From positions 43,462,001-43,526,000 of the forward strand of contig OZ024740.1 in assembly GCA_964016885.1 (NCBI GenBank): a DNA stretch of 64,000 nucleotides. The letters run 5' to 3'. The first letter of the stretch is position 1. Each line of letters starts with the position of its first letter. The position numbers were made by a program, and so were the translations under genes. This document shows, one piece after another, positions 34,364-48,250 of the stretch. This stretch comes from Eledone cirrhosa. Its lineage: Eukaryota. Below the pieces are notes generated by a model. That model saw only the letters and a list, made by a program, of their open reading frames with translations. It was not told where the DNA came from and made no database searches.

Positions 34364-34824
34364 ATAGATAGATAGATAGATAGATAGACAGATATGTGTG
34401 TATGCATATGTGTGTGCGTGTGTGTCGGTTATATGGTGTTATACTATGAATATGTATTATAGGCATTATATGTTATATTATGATATCCTGTATTTGATGA
34501 AATACTTTATTGTAGGTATTTTTTACTTTTGCTTTCTCTGTTATATATGTTATAACAAAAGAATAAATACTATAGAAACATTCCATAGATAAGGTATTTA
34601 TGTATAGAGAATTCATATGACATATTACTTTGAATACACATGTTGTGAACCTACATATGCAGAAATATGTGAATAGTAAGAAGAAAGAACTCGCGCAAGA
34701 ATGCTTTTGTTGCAGGACACATTTTTAACAATGCAGAAAATATGTAACGAATTTTCAATGAACAGGATTAAAGATATATAGACATTTTGCGTATATTGTA
34801 CTTCACATCATTATTTCTATTGCA

Positions 34825-35012
34825 GTTGGAGTGGCAGTATCGGTAGAGGGTCGAACGGCATGCTTTGCAGCAAAGAGTTACGGCCCTTTATGGCCTGAGT
34901 TCAAATCCCGCCGAGGTTAACTTTGCCTTTCATCCTGACGGGGTCGACAAAATAAAGTACCAGTAATGTACTGGATAATTGCTGACCTTGTGCCAACAAG
35001 TAGAAACAATTA
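34825..35012 (+). mobile_element. SINE (Meta/Nin-like domain)
   Basis: GAGTTCAAATCC B-box + GCCTTTCATCC..GTACCAG; flanked by a direct repeat TTATTTCTATTGCAGTT (probable TSD). Confidence 0.85.
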
Positions 35013-35306
35013 TTTCTATTGCAGTTTAAATGGATATTGTTTCTTGCTGTAAGGTGGCCGGTATTTCCTGAATACCATGTCTTGTAGGGAAACATGGATG
35101 TTATAAAACATATTGTACATGAACCTGCATTTGAGATATTCAAATTTCGTTAGACAATGCTTACAGTTTGTTATTTTGCATGGGTGTGCGTCGCCAAATT
35201 TGCGTAGCACATATCCATGCGTAAGTAAAAAACACAATTGCAAAGATAAACCCGAATTCACATGCATGGACGCGTTCGACCATACGTATACAGAGAATAC
35301 ACACAT

Positions 35307-35353
<47 letters not shown>

Positions 35354-35424
35354 CGTATACAGAGAATACACACACACACACATATATATATATGTATATA
35401 CGTATACAGAGAATACACACACAA

Positions 35425-35455
<31 letters not shown>

Positions 35456-35552
35456 CTGTATATATATGTGAGTGTGTGTGTGTATGTGTATGTATTCCCT
35501 GTATACCTATATATATGTGTGTGTACGTGTGTGTGGCTATGTGGGTGTGTGA

Positions 35553-35805
35553 ATGTGCGTGGCTTAATGGCTAGAAAGTTGGACTAGAAATCGGAAGGTT
35601 GTGTGTTCGATTCCCTGACCGGGCGAGGCCCTGAGTAAACTCTTTATTTTGCTCCAGTTCACTCAGCTGAAGAAATTGTATTGACCTTTGCTTTTACCTT
35701 GGATGACATTGGTGACAGGGATATGGGAGACGTTTGTGCATGGGTGACAGTTGGTCTTCCACAAAAACAATTTTTCTGAGCTTGTGCCTCGGAAGGGTGT
35801 CTACC

Positions 35806-35810
<5 letters not shown>
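35553..35810 (+). mobile_element. tRNA-derived SINE, degenerate
   Basis: TGGCTTAATGG A-box, GTTCGATTCC B-box, similarity to 302-450. Confidence 0.55.
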
Positions 35811-35837
<27 letters not shown>

Positions 35838-35844
35838 TCTCTAT

Positions 35845-36036
35845 CTGGTTGAAGGCCCGAAAGAAAAGAATACTCAATATACCGAAGTAAAATTTTAATA
35901 TTCATTTTATTAAGGCTAAATAATTAGTCTTTTTAATCTGGAGTTTCGTCAGTTTCTCACATATGATGACCCTGTGATAAAAAGGCGAAACACCAGAGTA
36001 ACAAGACTTACTATTTAGCCTTAATGAAATGAATAT
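35845..36036. mobile_element. Degenerate fold-back element with an HHR-like centre
   Basis: ATATTCATTTTATTAAGGCTAAATA...TATTTAGCCTTAATGAAATGAATAT arms; TGATGA..GGCGAAAC in the centre. Confidence 0.55.
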
Positions 36037-36096
36037 ATATATATATAGCGATAAATATATATTTATTTATTTATTAACACTTACATATATATATAT

Positions 36097-36293
36097 GTGG
36101 GTGTGCTGAAATCTTCATAGGCTGAATATGAATGAAAGATTTTAGATGTGTGAAATCTTGCATACATTAATGTCACACTTCTTATTAGTAGCTGCATTTT
36201 TATTTCCAGAGACTATGTTGAAAAATAAACTTCATTTCGCATTTGCATGATAATATTCTGGTCGGCCTATGAATGTTTCAGCCGATGTCGTAT
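36097..36293. mobile_element. Mariner-like MITE
   Basis: Imperfect TIRs GCTGAAATCTTCATAGGCTGA / TCGGCCTATGAATGTTTCAGC; TA flanks; second copy at 59642-59842. Confidence 0.6.
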
Positions 36294-37604
36294 AACTGAA
36301 TAGATTGATTAATATATGTATTAATATCTGTTGTCTGAAAACCATAACTACGTTTTTTTTTTTCCTTTTCATACTTTCCTGGTCATTGTATTACTTAATC
36401 CTTCATAAAATGTTATAGACTCTGGAGTGATGTTCGTTCCTGTACCCCCTCGTTTAGTAAATATAATTTGTGTAGTCTTTACCGTCGGAATTTGGTCTTT
36501 CGATCCATACCTCATAAGTTGCATGTACATTTTCTATAGGATGCATGTTGCTACCTGGTTATATCAGCACTGTTTTGTGTTAGAATTAATGTTTCCATAA
36601 ATAATCGTTTAGGTTCGGTGGGAATTCCTTTTATTATTGATGCATTGTCCACTAATATTCTTTCATCTACGTTTGCTTTGTATTGTTATAATCGCTCTTC
36701 CTTGAATGTGGTTGTGAACCTACAAGTGTGTTGTACTAATATGGCCAGTGTATTAATTGGAGTTATGCGGCTTACTTTTATTTTCAAAATTAAATTTATA
36801 AATCCCATTGGTCATTTCTAACTTCTCGAGTTTACATGTTTGTCTCTTAATGTCCATCAGAAAGTTTTACTGTTTTATAGAATACAATTTAAGGTGGTGA
36901 AGTACAGCGTCGTTAGAACGTCTGATAAAGCACTTTGTGGTATTCGTTCCGGCTCTCTTTTCCCTGAATTCAAATCCCACCAAGATCAACTTCACCTTTC
37001 ATCGTGGTCGATTAAAAAGTGCCAGTCTAGTAGTGCTCTTCCGCTATATGTTTTTCTCTACATTTGTTTCTCGCATCTTCCCTCTCACTTTCCTTTGTCA
37101 CTGGAAGAAATATGCTGTACTCAATCTTCGAGGGGAATGAGCGCTACCAGGTTTAAAATGCTATATATAAACACATCAGAAGTTACGGAATAATGCACTA
37201 TGCCATAGAATTAGTCTTTGTTGATGGTTTTGCGTGGTGTCTTTTGTATTCTTCAAGAATTTCAATATGACTTCTGTTGAATACTTAATGCGCATTTGAA
37301 ACATGTAGCACATTTATCTATTTTTAATTACTGTAATGCCTGATCCATTTATTGCATTGTATTATACCCCTGTTAATCTGTAACTTGGTGTGCTAATCCG
37401 TTGTCAATTAAAGTTTGTATTGCAGAATATCTAAATTCCCAACTATGTAGGTATTTTATCACAGGCATTGCGTGTCTGTGTGGAAATGATGTATTTATAT
37501 TAAAATCTGCATATTTATATAGAGAAATGATGTATTTATGTTAATCTTTATATGAAATTTTAATACAGAATAGTTTTTCAGCTGCTGCATGAATTTCCCA
37601 GTGT

Positions 37605-37995
37605 CTTCCATTACAATCTCGCCAACAACAACCCTGAGCACCTGTTTGATCTCCATGTGTCTAACACACGTGGACATGCCTACAAAATCAGAAAACAGCA
37701 CAGCTCCCATGACTTTCGTAAACAGTTTTTCACGCTTAGAGTTACTGAAGCATGGAACAAACTGCCTGCGTCAGTTGTTAGCTGCCGAGACACTGCATCC
37801 TTTAAAACCCTCATGCTTCCCGAAATTCTTCAAAACTACACCTGATGTACCCCTTCTATACACATGCACACATGTGTATAATCATGCACTGTTCATTTTC
37901 CTGACGTTTGTACATTACCCTATGTACTATACATACACTTTTGGTGAGTTGTAGTGCACCTGAGCACTGTACACAATATTTTCATTATTATTATC
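37605..37995 (+). mobile_element. CR1-clade LINE 3' fragment
   Basis: TRGHAYKI...RKQFFTLRVTEAWNKLPASVV...SFK; (ATT)n tail. Confidence 0.8.
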
Positions 37996-38204
37996 AATAC
38001 GTGTACCATCCATTTATATGTTGTAAATTATGAGTTCTAATACTACCTTGTGCACTATTGTAGCTAGATGGATTGTCTTAAATATGGCTTGTAAAGGAGA
38101 TTCCAGGGCTACTTCACAATTCATTAGCATTAGAAATGCAGACATGTAAGTGATTTAGAATTTGAACATTAGTCTATGTATTGGGCGGGTAAAATTCCAT
38201 TTTA

Positions 38205-38610
38205 AACATCCATGGACGAGTTCTCTCCAGCGGTCTCTGACCTTCGGTATTGCTGCCATGTCGTGCGTCTCCAAGAGTCCAGTGTCTGTCCTAAGGGCAT
38301 CAACATATGTTAACCTCAGTCTTCCTCTTCCAGTTTGTCCATGCAGGATCTCCCACAGGAGCACTGAATGCAGTGTCAACTCTGGATGTCGGTGAGCATG
38401 TCCAGCTAACCTCAGTCTCCTCTGTGCTACTCTTGCGCTGACTTTTGGAAGGCTCCCGTACAGCTCGGAATTCTTCATCCTCAGTGATAATATTCAGAGC
38501 CATCCTCAGCATTCTCGTGTAACACCCATCCACCATCTGAGTGAGTTTCTTGGTCAGCGTCCAAATCTCAGACCCCTACAGCAGGACAGACTCCACCGTA
38601 GCATTAGTTT
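38205..38610 (-). mobile_element. RTE/RTE-X LINE 3' fragment
   Basis: VESVLLYGSEIWTL, DGCYTRMLRMALN, RRLRLAGH, GRGRLRLTYVD, RDRW. Confidence 0.8.
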
Positions 38611-39384
38611 TCTTGCCATATTGCAGTATTGTTATGGTCTTATTCGCGCCTGTCACCAAATTGGTACTTTTCTCAGACCCTCAAAAGTTGTTTTCGCGGT
38701 GGGTTTTACTCACTTCATCATAGCTACATCCCTGAGTTATAAGTATTTTTGTGTGTGTGTGGGGGGGGGGGGGATCAATGTCACTCATTGCTCTGTTTCT
38801 CTTAGTAGTTTATCTTGTTAGTTGGGGCTGCTTATTCTTCCGGCAGGAACCAGTCTATATCACAATTAACAATCACATTGCTATCCACCACATGCGGCAC
38901 GTTCTCTAACAGATTCGAACTGTATACTAGAAAAGCCACATAGACGCGATAGGTTTTGCACAAAACAACTTCATACTTAAGTGTGTCCTGGGTTTCACTT
39001 TGCCGAATATTAGTATATATATATAATTATCATCCATATATATTTCATAGTTCTATCCATTACACATGAGAATCTGATATATATCATTAAATGTATTCAA
39101 ACGAGGACCAACAGTGTATTCTATTTATATTATATAATTCAGAAAAATTACATCGAAACTTCAAAATCGTCTGCCAACAAACTTTCTTTGAAATAACACT
39201 ATTATTAAAGAGGTATATAAAGATTCTATTTTTGTGAAAGAATCTCTAAAGAATATATATAACGTCAGTTACAAAACATAATTGATTATCGATCCCCCAC
39301 TATTCAATCTTTCAATGTTACGTATAGGTTAATGACTTACATAATTAAATATTTGGCACTCTAACAGTCATTATATATATATTT

Positions 39385-39630
39385 GATTGGCATTATCGGT
39401 AGAGGGTCGGACACCATGCTTTTCAGCATAGTTACATCCCTTTACGGTCTGAGTTTAAATCCCGTTGAGGTTAACTTTGCCTTTCATCCTACGGGATCGA
39501 AAGATAAAGTACCAGTAATGCACTGGGATAATTGCTGGCCCTGTGCCAAAAGTAGAAACAATTATATATATAGTAATTGTTTCTACTTTAGGCACCAGGC
39601 CAGAAATTAACCAGTACATTACTGGTACTT
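39385..39630 (+). mobile_element. SINE (Meta/Nin-like) followed by an inverted copy of its 3' end
   Basis: 39385-39565 SINE; 39572-39630 reverse complement of the 3' part across a short TA run. Confidence 0.75.
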
Positions 39631-40199
39631 ATATATATATAGTAATAATAATAAATGTGAAGACTAAAATCCGAAGAAGGCTTGATAAGGATATATATAT
39701 ATATATAAATATATATACATAGAGAGAGTGAGAAGGGAAGGAAGAGAGGGGAGAGGCAGAGTTGAAAGGGCGGGCGGGGTAAAGTTCCTTACAAATCAAC
39801 TTTATAGGTAAGACGTAAAAGTTAAAAAGTACAGGTAAATTTAAAGATTATTTTTACTTTAGTCCCACAGAATGTATACTTTTATAATTGTTACATTGTG
39901 TATTTAAATGTTCTCAAATATTACTGGTTTCGATTCTCATTAAATATTTAAAAAGTTCGAAATATTGTGCAAGCAGTTAGAATATAGGATCTACTCACAG
40001 AATTATAAAATCATTTATTCTGTCGGATTAAAGAAAACCTCTTTAAATATTCCACTCTGCTTGCTTACTTTTACTTTTTAACTATACACAAGCACACACA
40101 CACATATATATATATATATACACACACGCATACACACACACATATATATATATATATGTGTGTGTGTGCGTGTGTATCTATCGCTGTGTGTGCGTGTGT

Positions 40200-40445
40200 G
40201 TGTGTAAATAGCTAAATGAACACACAGGTAATTTTTCTCTAAAAGAATATTTTCTGTATCCTCCTCTTGTCATTTCTTTTATCGTTCCATTTCTTCTTTT
40301 ATTTCTCATTCTGTCTTCTGGTGAAGGACTAGAAGAGTTTGAAAAGTTAAGACGTTTTCCCACTATATCAAGCGTTAAACTAGTATATAAACTTTCGTTG
40401 TTTTGTGTCAGTTTGTTGTGTTGCTTTCCGGTTGCTTTTCGCAAA
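40200..40445 (+). mobile_element. Solo pLTR fragment with decayed HHR (40313-40353)
   Basis: GTCTT-CTGGTGA-AGGACT..AGTTT-GAAA-AGTT-AAGAC; tail similar to 11480-11580. Confidence 0.55.
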
Positions 40446-40959
40446 TATATATATATATATATATATATACATACATATATATACCCTCCACGCATACACA
40501 CATATATACACCTATATATATACTGATATATTTATTGTCTTACAACATACACATTGATTGATCTTAGCGAAGACTCGCCTCACTGAAACATTGTATTTAT
40601 GTTGTAAGCAAATTAATATGTCAATCTATATAATTAATTCTATGTTATGCATTGATTTCTTCCTTTTGTTTTTACCAAACAATACAAGGAATAAGAATAT
40701 TTCATCAATTTCAAACAGTTCTAAGACCTTCAAGAAATAGCAGATAAACCGCGTACAACATGATATGTTTCGGGTCACACATATCTCCTTATTCAATTGC
40801 ACTATGGTGACCTGGGATTCCCAAATCAGAAATATAATTAGCTGACTGTTCAAGGGAATGCTATTAAGTTGTATATGACTGGGCCTAATACTGGTCAAAA
40901 CCTAGGAATGTTATCAAAGTTATATGTAACTATGTAAGTAGGACAGTATGTATGTATGT

Positions 40960-42445
40960 ACGTTTTCAACATCAAGTGGCAATACAGAACTCCTGACATC
41001 CATGTTCTTATCAAAGAATGTCCAAGTATTGAGTCCCAAGTAACATCTTCTCAAATGCGCTGGACAGGACATATCGTTCGCATGAAAGAAAGCAGGAACC
41101 CGAAGCAACTGTTTTAGGGTGAGCTCCACCTGGGAAAAAGGCCTCAACACAAACCGAAAATGAGGTTCAGGGACAGTATTAAGAACAACCTAAAGAGCTG
41201 GCATTTGATAGAAACAACTGGGAGGAGATAGCCGTAAATAGGACTGAGTGGAGAAATCGCATAAAGGGCAGTTGCAAAACGTTTGAGGAATGTCGTCTAA
41301 AACATAAACAACTGAAGTTTGATCTCTGGGAGGGCTGTGCTCACAGTCTTGATGAAGTCATCAGTAGTTGGACATGTAATTTCTGTCAGCGTGTACTCCT
41401 CTCATAGGTTGGTTGTGTTAATCACATGAAGTCATCAGTAGTTGGACATGTAATTTCTACCAGTGTGTACTCCTCTCATAGGTTGGTTGTGTTAATCACA
41501 TGAAGTCATCAGTAGTTGGACATGTCATTTCTGTCAGCGTGTACTCCTCTCATAGGTTGGTTGTGTTAATCACATGAAGTCATCAGTAGTTGGACATGTA
41601 ATTTCTGTCAGCGTGTACTCCTCTCAAAGGCTGGTTGTGTTAATCACATGAAGTCATCAGTAGTTGGACATGTAATTTCTGTCAGCGTGTACTCCTCTCA
41701 TAGGCTGGTTATGTTAATCACATGAAGTCATCAGTAGTTGGACATGTAATTTCTGTCAGCGTGTACTCCTCTCAAAGGCTGGTTGTGTTAATCACATGAA
41801 GTCATCAGTAGTTGGACATGTAATTTCTGTCAGCGTGTACTCCTCTCAAAGGCTGGTTGTGTTAATCACATGAAGTCATCAGTAGTTGGACATGTAATTT
41901 CTGTCAGCGTGTACTCCTCTCAAAGGCTGGTTGTGTTAATCACATGAAGTCATCAGTAGTTGGACATGTAATTTCTGTCAGCGTGTACTCCTCTCAAAGG
42001 CTGGTTGTGTTAATCACATGAAGTCATCAGTAGTTGGACATGTAATTTCTGTCAGCGTGTACTCCTCTCAAAGGCTGGTTGTGTTAATCACATGAAGTCA
42101 TCAGTAGTTGGACATGTAATTTCTGTCAGCGTGTACTCCTCTCAAAGGCTGGTTATGTTAATCACCTGAAGTCACGCGAACAGATAAACACCTGCAACGT
42201 GATATGCAACAAAGTGTGTAGTACTAGTTCCGGATTTAAAGAAGACATGGTGGTACATAAAGATTGTGTCCCACAGGGTGACCCCACCGGTCCTGTGGAA
42301 AGCACAACTCTCTTTTGCCAACTGTATCGTAAAACATGCAGATCTACAGCTGGTCTAGAAAGTCATCTACGTAGTCATGGACGCAGATGAGATGAAGACG
42401 AAGAATCAATAAGTGATGGCAATCGTCTGTCAAGACACTGCAATC
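40960..42445 (+). mobile_element. RTE-clade LINE 3' fragment with C-terminal C2H2 zinc fingers
   Basis: GELHLGKRPQHKPKMRFRDSIKNNLK..NWEEIAVNRTEWR..FEECR; CNFC..NHLKS; CRSTAGLESHLRSH. Confidence 0.8.
41353..42174 (+). repeat. Minisatellite, 11 x 74 bp, derived from a C2H2 zinc-finger-coding segment of the RTE
   Basis: Unit TGAAGTCATCAGTAGTTGGACATGTAATTTCTGTCAGCGTGTACTCCTCTCAAAGGCTGGTTGTGTTAATCACA starting at 41353, 41427, ... 42093. Confidence 0.95.
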
Positions 42446-42903
42446 CTCAAAGGGCAAAGGAGCTCTTAAGAGTCAATGGCCATCCAAAATCACTGGGAGA
42501 GATGACCCCTTAGCCTTTGTCAAGGCAGAATTCTATGAGAAGGAAAACTCTGATATAACACCTGCAACCCTGATGGTATCCAATGATGTTGACTTGTTCT
42601 CCTTTTTGGTAAATATCATCTTGGTTAAGAGAGTGGGACTGGCTTTGTGCAGTGCCTTTGCTCACTATAAAAGCTTCACGGCACAGGCATTGCTTTGTAT
42701 CTGGAGATGTATCTGCACTTGTCGTCACATGATGCCATGGGCCTAGCACTATGTGTCAGTAATTGTCACAGGTGTAGTGTTTGTACCAGAGTTTTCAAGT
42801 CGCTGGCTGGACTAAAAAGGCACACTCGTTCAGCGCATCGGTAGGAGTTCTCCTACATGGATATAAAGTAGTGGCCGTACTCGAAAACGAGTTGGCAGCC
42901 ACC

Positions 42904-43020
42904 ATGTATGTATGTATGTATGTATGTATGTATGTATCTATATGTGTATGTATGTATGTATGTATGTATGTATGTATGTATGTATGTATGTATGTATGAA
43001 TGTATGTATGTATGTATATT
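42904..43020 (+). repeat. (ATGT)n microsatellite
   Basis: Direct reading. Confidence 0.9.
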
Positions 43021-43345
43021 TGTATGTTCTTCTTGTTTTAAAACTTCACAAATGTTTGCTAATAGAGAGAGAGTCGGTTGTTAACATACTTACAAGACTC
43101 TCTCATTGGAATTTACACAACATCAACTAGGTAGATATGTATGCATGTATGCATGTGTAGGTATGGATGTTATTGTATTTGTGGATGTGTATGTTTTGAG
43201 TTGTGTGTGTGCATGTGTATATATATGCTTTGTATCTGTACATGTGTATATGCAGATATTAGATGCAACATTTTTGAAATGTTTTACATATTTTTACTGT
43301 TCCATTAATGGATTGTACTATGTATGTTAGTATGTATGTATGTAT

Positions 43346-43870
43346 GTCGGGTCACTCTTGAGTGCTACTAGAAACATGTAACCCAGTACAACCTGTCGCA
43401 TGGTCGGGTCGTCGGGGACTAAACCGGCAACCCCACAAGTTTACTTGGTGAGGGGGGTGATTTTGGACACCCTGCAGGACATAAAACAAAACTTGACAAA
43501 GGGCGGAAGAACTCATAAGAGTCAACGGCCATCCAAAAGTGTGTAAATATGTATATACACCTGTACATATGTATGTATAAGTATATGTGTATATACATGG
43601 GTGCATGTGTATGTATATGCGCGGGGACATAGAAATAGTCGACCTGGACACCTGATCGCGCGTTTAAACCACTGGGAGTGAAGGACCCCTAGCCTTTATC
43701 AGAGCATTCTTCTAGGAGAAGGTAACTAAGGAAACTGGGATAACTCCGATATAAAACCTGCGGCTCAGTTACCGATGTTGTTGATCTGTTCTTCTTTTCG
43801 GGTTATAGCTACTGTCGTTCAGAGAGTGAGATTGGCTCAGTCTTTCCTCACTTTAAAACATATCTTCACG
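43346..43870 (+). repeat. Dispersed repeat family (also 42445-42700 + and ~56800-57185 -)
   Basis: Shared GTCG.TC.C...GTGCTAC.., GGACACCC..CAGGA, TCAACGGCCAT segments. Confidence 0.6.
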
Positions 43871-43989
43871 CACAGGCATTGCACGATAGAATTAATTAAA
43901 ATTATTAATAATGGTATATCGTGCTACTTTTACAATAGGATATTTTTGTTTTCATATATATTATGAATCAAGCTATGTTAATGCTACTG

Positions 43990-44020
<31 letters not shown>

Positions 44021-44022
<2 letters not shown>

Positions 44023-44190
44023 AGAATATTTTCGAAACAGCGAGTTGATTTGAAATTATTAGAAATGTTAGCTACCTCAATACTCATCTTTTTCCATTTC
44101 TCCGAGGGTTCATAACCCCACTATCAGGCTAAATAATTTCTTTAATTTCTTTAGCCAAAATACGGCGATAGCTAACATTTCTAATAATAT
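44021..44190. mobile_element. Short copy of the 54229-54750 family with an inverted 5' piece
   Basis: TAAGAATATTTTCGAAACAGCGAG (inverted) then TCAATACTCATCTTTTTCCATTTCTCCGAGGG...GATAGCT; in (TA)n. Confidence 0.7.
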
Positions 44191-44324
44191 ATATATATAT
44201 ATATATATATAGTAATAATAATAAATTTGAAGACTAAATTCCAAAGAGGGCTCGATAATGATAAATATTTCAGAAGATCCCGTTAAGGGTGAAAGCAGCG
44301 ATTCTTTGCTTAAACTTTAATCTG

Positions 44325-44389
<65 letters not shown>

Positions 44390-45181
44390 TATCAACAGTA
44401 GCGTTAACATTGCATGAAAACATAAATATAAAGCGCGTGATTTAAAAAGAGGGCACGAGCGCTAAAATATTATGTTGGAATAAAACTGGGTAAAACAATA
44501 CTTTGTTCTATTTTATTTATTATCATTTGCCCTTTGTATTTTTCTACTGCGTTGTATCAGCTTTTTGGAAATTATTTTTTGTGTGTGTGTAAGAAAAATA
44601 AAATAAAATAACTGTTCATGTAGTGGTATTTGAAATTAATCAAATTTAAAAGATATGAGAGAATGCATTTTATTTTATATTCAATTTGAAGACTAATTGT
44701 TATGCTTGTTTTAGGAATAAAGAACGAGAGAAGAAACTCACTGAAATCAATTGAAACATATAGAGAAAGACATATAGAGACAGTTGTTACCAATTTTAGC
44801 GATGCAAGTGCTAGGATGGTAGAGTTGTGGTGTTGATTCGGTTGTTGTTTGTGTTATCACTTGTGGATTGCCCAGTGATGTGGTCATTGTTGCATGGCGA
44901 AGAAAAATTTATATGCCTGATAAAGTGTGACCAGAGATTGCGCGCGTGCAAGTAAATAAGTAAGTGTTCATTTTGATGATGATGATGTGATGGTTCCATG
45001 GATAAATTATTTACTTTTATCAAAAGTGAAATTCAATATATGAAGCACAAAAACACAAAGCCGCTGTATTACTAATTTATTATATATAACTTCATCGAAG
45101 TTATAACGACAATACTCAGAGAACAAATAACCACAGTTGAAATGTGCGATGTTATGTATCAGATATTATGTATTATGTGCA

Positions 45182-45365
45182 TGGGCGGTGGATTGGCAGT
45201 ATCGGTAGAGGTTCGGACGCCATGCTTTGACGCATAGAGTTACGGCCCTTGCCATTCTGAGTTCAAATCCCGCCGAGGTTAACTTTGCCTTTCATCCTTA
45301 CGGGGTCGATAAAATAAAGTACCAGTAATGTACTGGGTTATTGCTGCCAATAGTAGAAACAATTA
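45182..45365 (+). mobile_element. SINE (Meta/Nin-like)
   Basis: Near-consensus copy. Confidence 0.9.
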
Positions 45366-46099
45366 TGTATTATATGTATGCTTGCAACGCTATCATTAAA
45401 AATGTATTTATCAAACTTCCGTTGAACGGATACATTTCGGTGGCCTGGCTGAGAGAAGGATCAAGAGGGAGAAAGAAGTGGAAGAGAGAGAAAGTGGGAG
45501 GAAGACCTAAAGGAGTTGCTCTGTGAGATAGTTGACCACTATTTCTTAGCTAATATGAACTGTGCAACTGCTCTGGTTCTCTATGGGCTCGGGCGATTTA
45601 TCAGTATTCCATTCACCTTATCTCGGGAACACGAGGACAAGCAGATGGCCGTTTGATATGTCAAAACCTCAGACCTAGTGCCGATCGAAATCCCATTCAC
45701 AATGGAACTTATCTATGAGGCCATAAATGTCAGCTTCGTGGTGACCGCTTGATAGAGTAAAAGAAATTCTATTGAGGAAACCATGAAATTGCTGCTCCAC
45801 ATATGCCTCATTAAATGCAAAGTTTTTCTCCAAATTACTTCGAAAGTTTATATATTGCCTGCTAGTAGATTAATACAATTTTATCTATTTAAATTTACCT
45901 ATCACTTCCATTTAATAGATATTTTTCCTTTACTGATCCATAAATATCCATTATACTTCGTTCATTCGTTCAGTGTGGTCTCTAATATTGATTTTTATGC
46001 TTAGAGGTTGTGCAAAATATGTATTACGATGACAAGTAAATATGTGACAGAGGTGAAGTGAAGTGAAGTAAAATGGCTGGAAAGGAGAAACGACATACA

Positions 46100-46370
46100 A
46101 TTATATTTCTTCTGAACTACGGTAATCCTTTTCTTACGAAATATGTTTACATTTTCTCTGTACTACGGTGATCCCTCTCTCACGAAATGTGACTACATTT
46201 TTTCTGTATTACGGTGATCCTCTCTCACTGAATGTGATTACATTTTCTTTGTAATACAGTGATCCATCTCTGAAAAATATAATTGCCTTTCGTTTGTTCT
46301 ATGGAGATCTAAATTTCAATATATATGATTACATTTCATCTGTAACACGTTGGTCCCTCTCCGAAAGTGG
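46100..46370 (+). repeat. Degenerate ~46-bp tandem repeat, 5-6 units
   Basis: TACATTTTCTCTGTACTACGGTGATCC recurs. Confidence 0.7.
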
Positions 46371-46942
46371 ATTATTTTGATTAGGTACACCAGCTTGGTA
46401 AACTGTAATGGAGAATACATTATACATAAGCTCCATATGTTTTTCTAACACACAATAAGTTGAAGTAAATAAAGTGAAAGTGTTTCTAAAGTGAAAGTAT
46501 AACTAAACTTGGATTCATATATAAACAGTAATTGTCCTGTCAAATGTGAATGCAATGATTTCACCAATTTAGAATTATAGTGTCCTTATATTTCAAGATT
46601 TCTATATAGAATAACAATATCTAAATGATAAAAGTCGACATCTCCCCAACAAGAATGAATAATTGAGCACTCTATATAACTAGCAGAATACAAGCCAAAG
46701 AGCGATCTGCCTTAGCAAAAGATGGCGTTATTACATGGTCGGGCAACAGATACATAACAATAAAATGATGCTTACCAGATGGCACAAGTCGGTGAAGTCG
46801 GGGAAAATTCATCGACGTCCCTTCCACACCTTCATAATCGAAATACATTTTATGAATAAATAAATGTAACTCATTACAATATTGAAATAAGGGGGTGGTT
46901 AACACAGTTTATCTACCATCATATCGTAGTCCAACGCGCGTG

Positions 46943-47050
<108 letters not shown>

Positions 47051-47622
47051 TATATATATGTCAGTAGAGGCGTTCCAATTGTTCGATCTACTGAGTCATC
47101 ACCGATTTGCGACATTATCATGTACATTAAACGCAATTTGACATTGTAAGCTTCATTATTTACAGGTATAATCTATACGACGTGCTTAAAAAAACATTTT
47201 CACTCTGCACAACCTCACTTACTGATCGACTGAAAGCTATAGTAAAATACATTTGCCTAAGATGTAAGGCAATGTGATTGAATCAGGAACCATGCGATTG
47301 AGAAGTAACTTCTTAACCATTCGGCCAAATGTGTGCCTAGAAATAGAACAAATAAGAAGAAAACTAATGAGTGTTAAAATTAGTGGAGATTCGACTGTCT
47401 CTTGACGCACATAAAGTAAAAACATATTTCATTTTAACATCTCTATTGCATTATGCACATCGATCTTGGCATAGCGCCATTGTATCAGCGGCTAAATGCC
47501 GAGCCTTTGAATACAAAGCCATAAGTAGAATATTAGAAATCACTTGATGATATAAAGTGATCTACGAGAGCAGGAAAGAGATGGTTAATGTAATATAAAT
47601 TGATAACAATATTATGAGACTA

Positions 47623-48250
47623 ACGGTGGATTGACAGTATCAGTGTAGGGTCGGACGCCATGCTTTCCAGCATAGTTACGTCCCTTTATGATCTGAGTTC
47701 AAATCCCGCCGAGGTTGACTTTGCCTTTCATCCTTACGGGGTCGATAAAATAAAGTACCAGTAATACACTGGGTAATTGCTGGCCTTGTGCCGAAAGTAG
47801 AAACAATTATTATGAGACTATTGAGATATGGTGGATTGGTAGTATTATTAGAACGTCGGACAACATGCTTTACAGCATATAGTTACGTCCCTTTACGTTC
47901 TGAGTGCAAATTCCACCGAGATTAGCTTTGACTCTCATCGTTACGGGTTCGATAAAATAAAGAAGCAGTAACGCACTGGAGTCGATTTAATTGATTTTCC
48001 ACTCCCCTTATAACTGTTGGCCTTGTACCTAAATTAGAAACTATTATTATTAGATTGTCGTGGGTGGATTGGCAGTATCGGTAGAGAGTCGGACGCCATG
48101 CTTTCTAGTATAGTTACGTCCCTTTACGGTCTGAGTTCAAATCCCGCTGAGGTTGACTTTGCCTTTCATCCTTACGGTGTCGATCAAATAAAGTACCAGT
48201 AATGCACTGGGTAATTGGTGGCCTTGTGCCTTAAGTAGAAACAATTATTA
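47623..48250 (+). mobile_element. Head-to-tail array of three SINEs (Meta/Nin-like)
   Basis: Copies at ~47623, ~47828 and ~48062; TSD-like ATTATGAGACTA and ATTATTAGATTGTCGTGG. Confidence 0.85.

Noticed and set aside
41353-42174. CRISPR-like array or poly-zinc-finger gene
   Set aside because: No unique spacers, eukaryotic context, and the 74-bp period breaks the frame.
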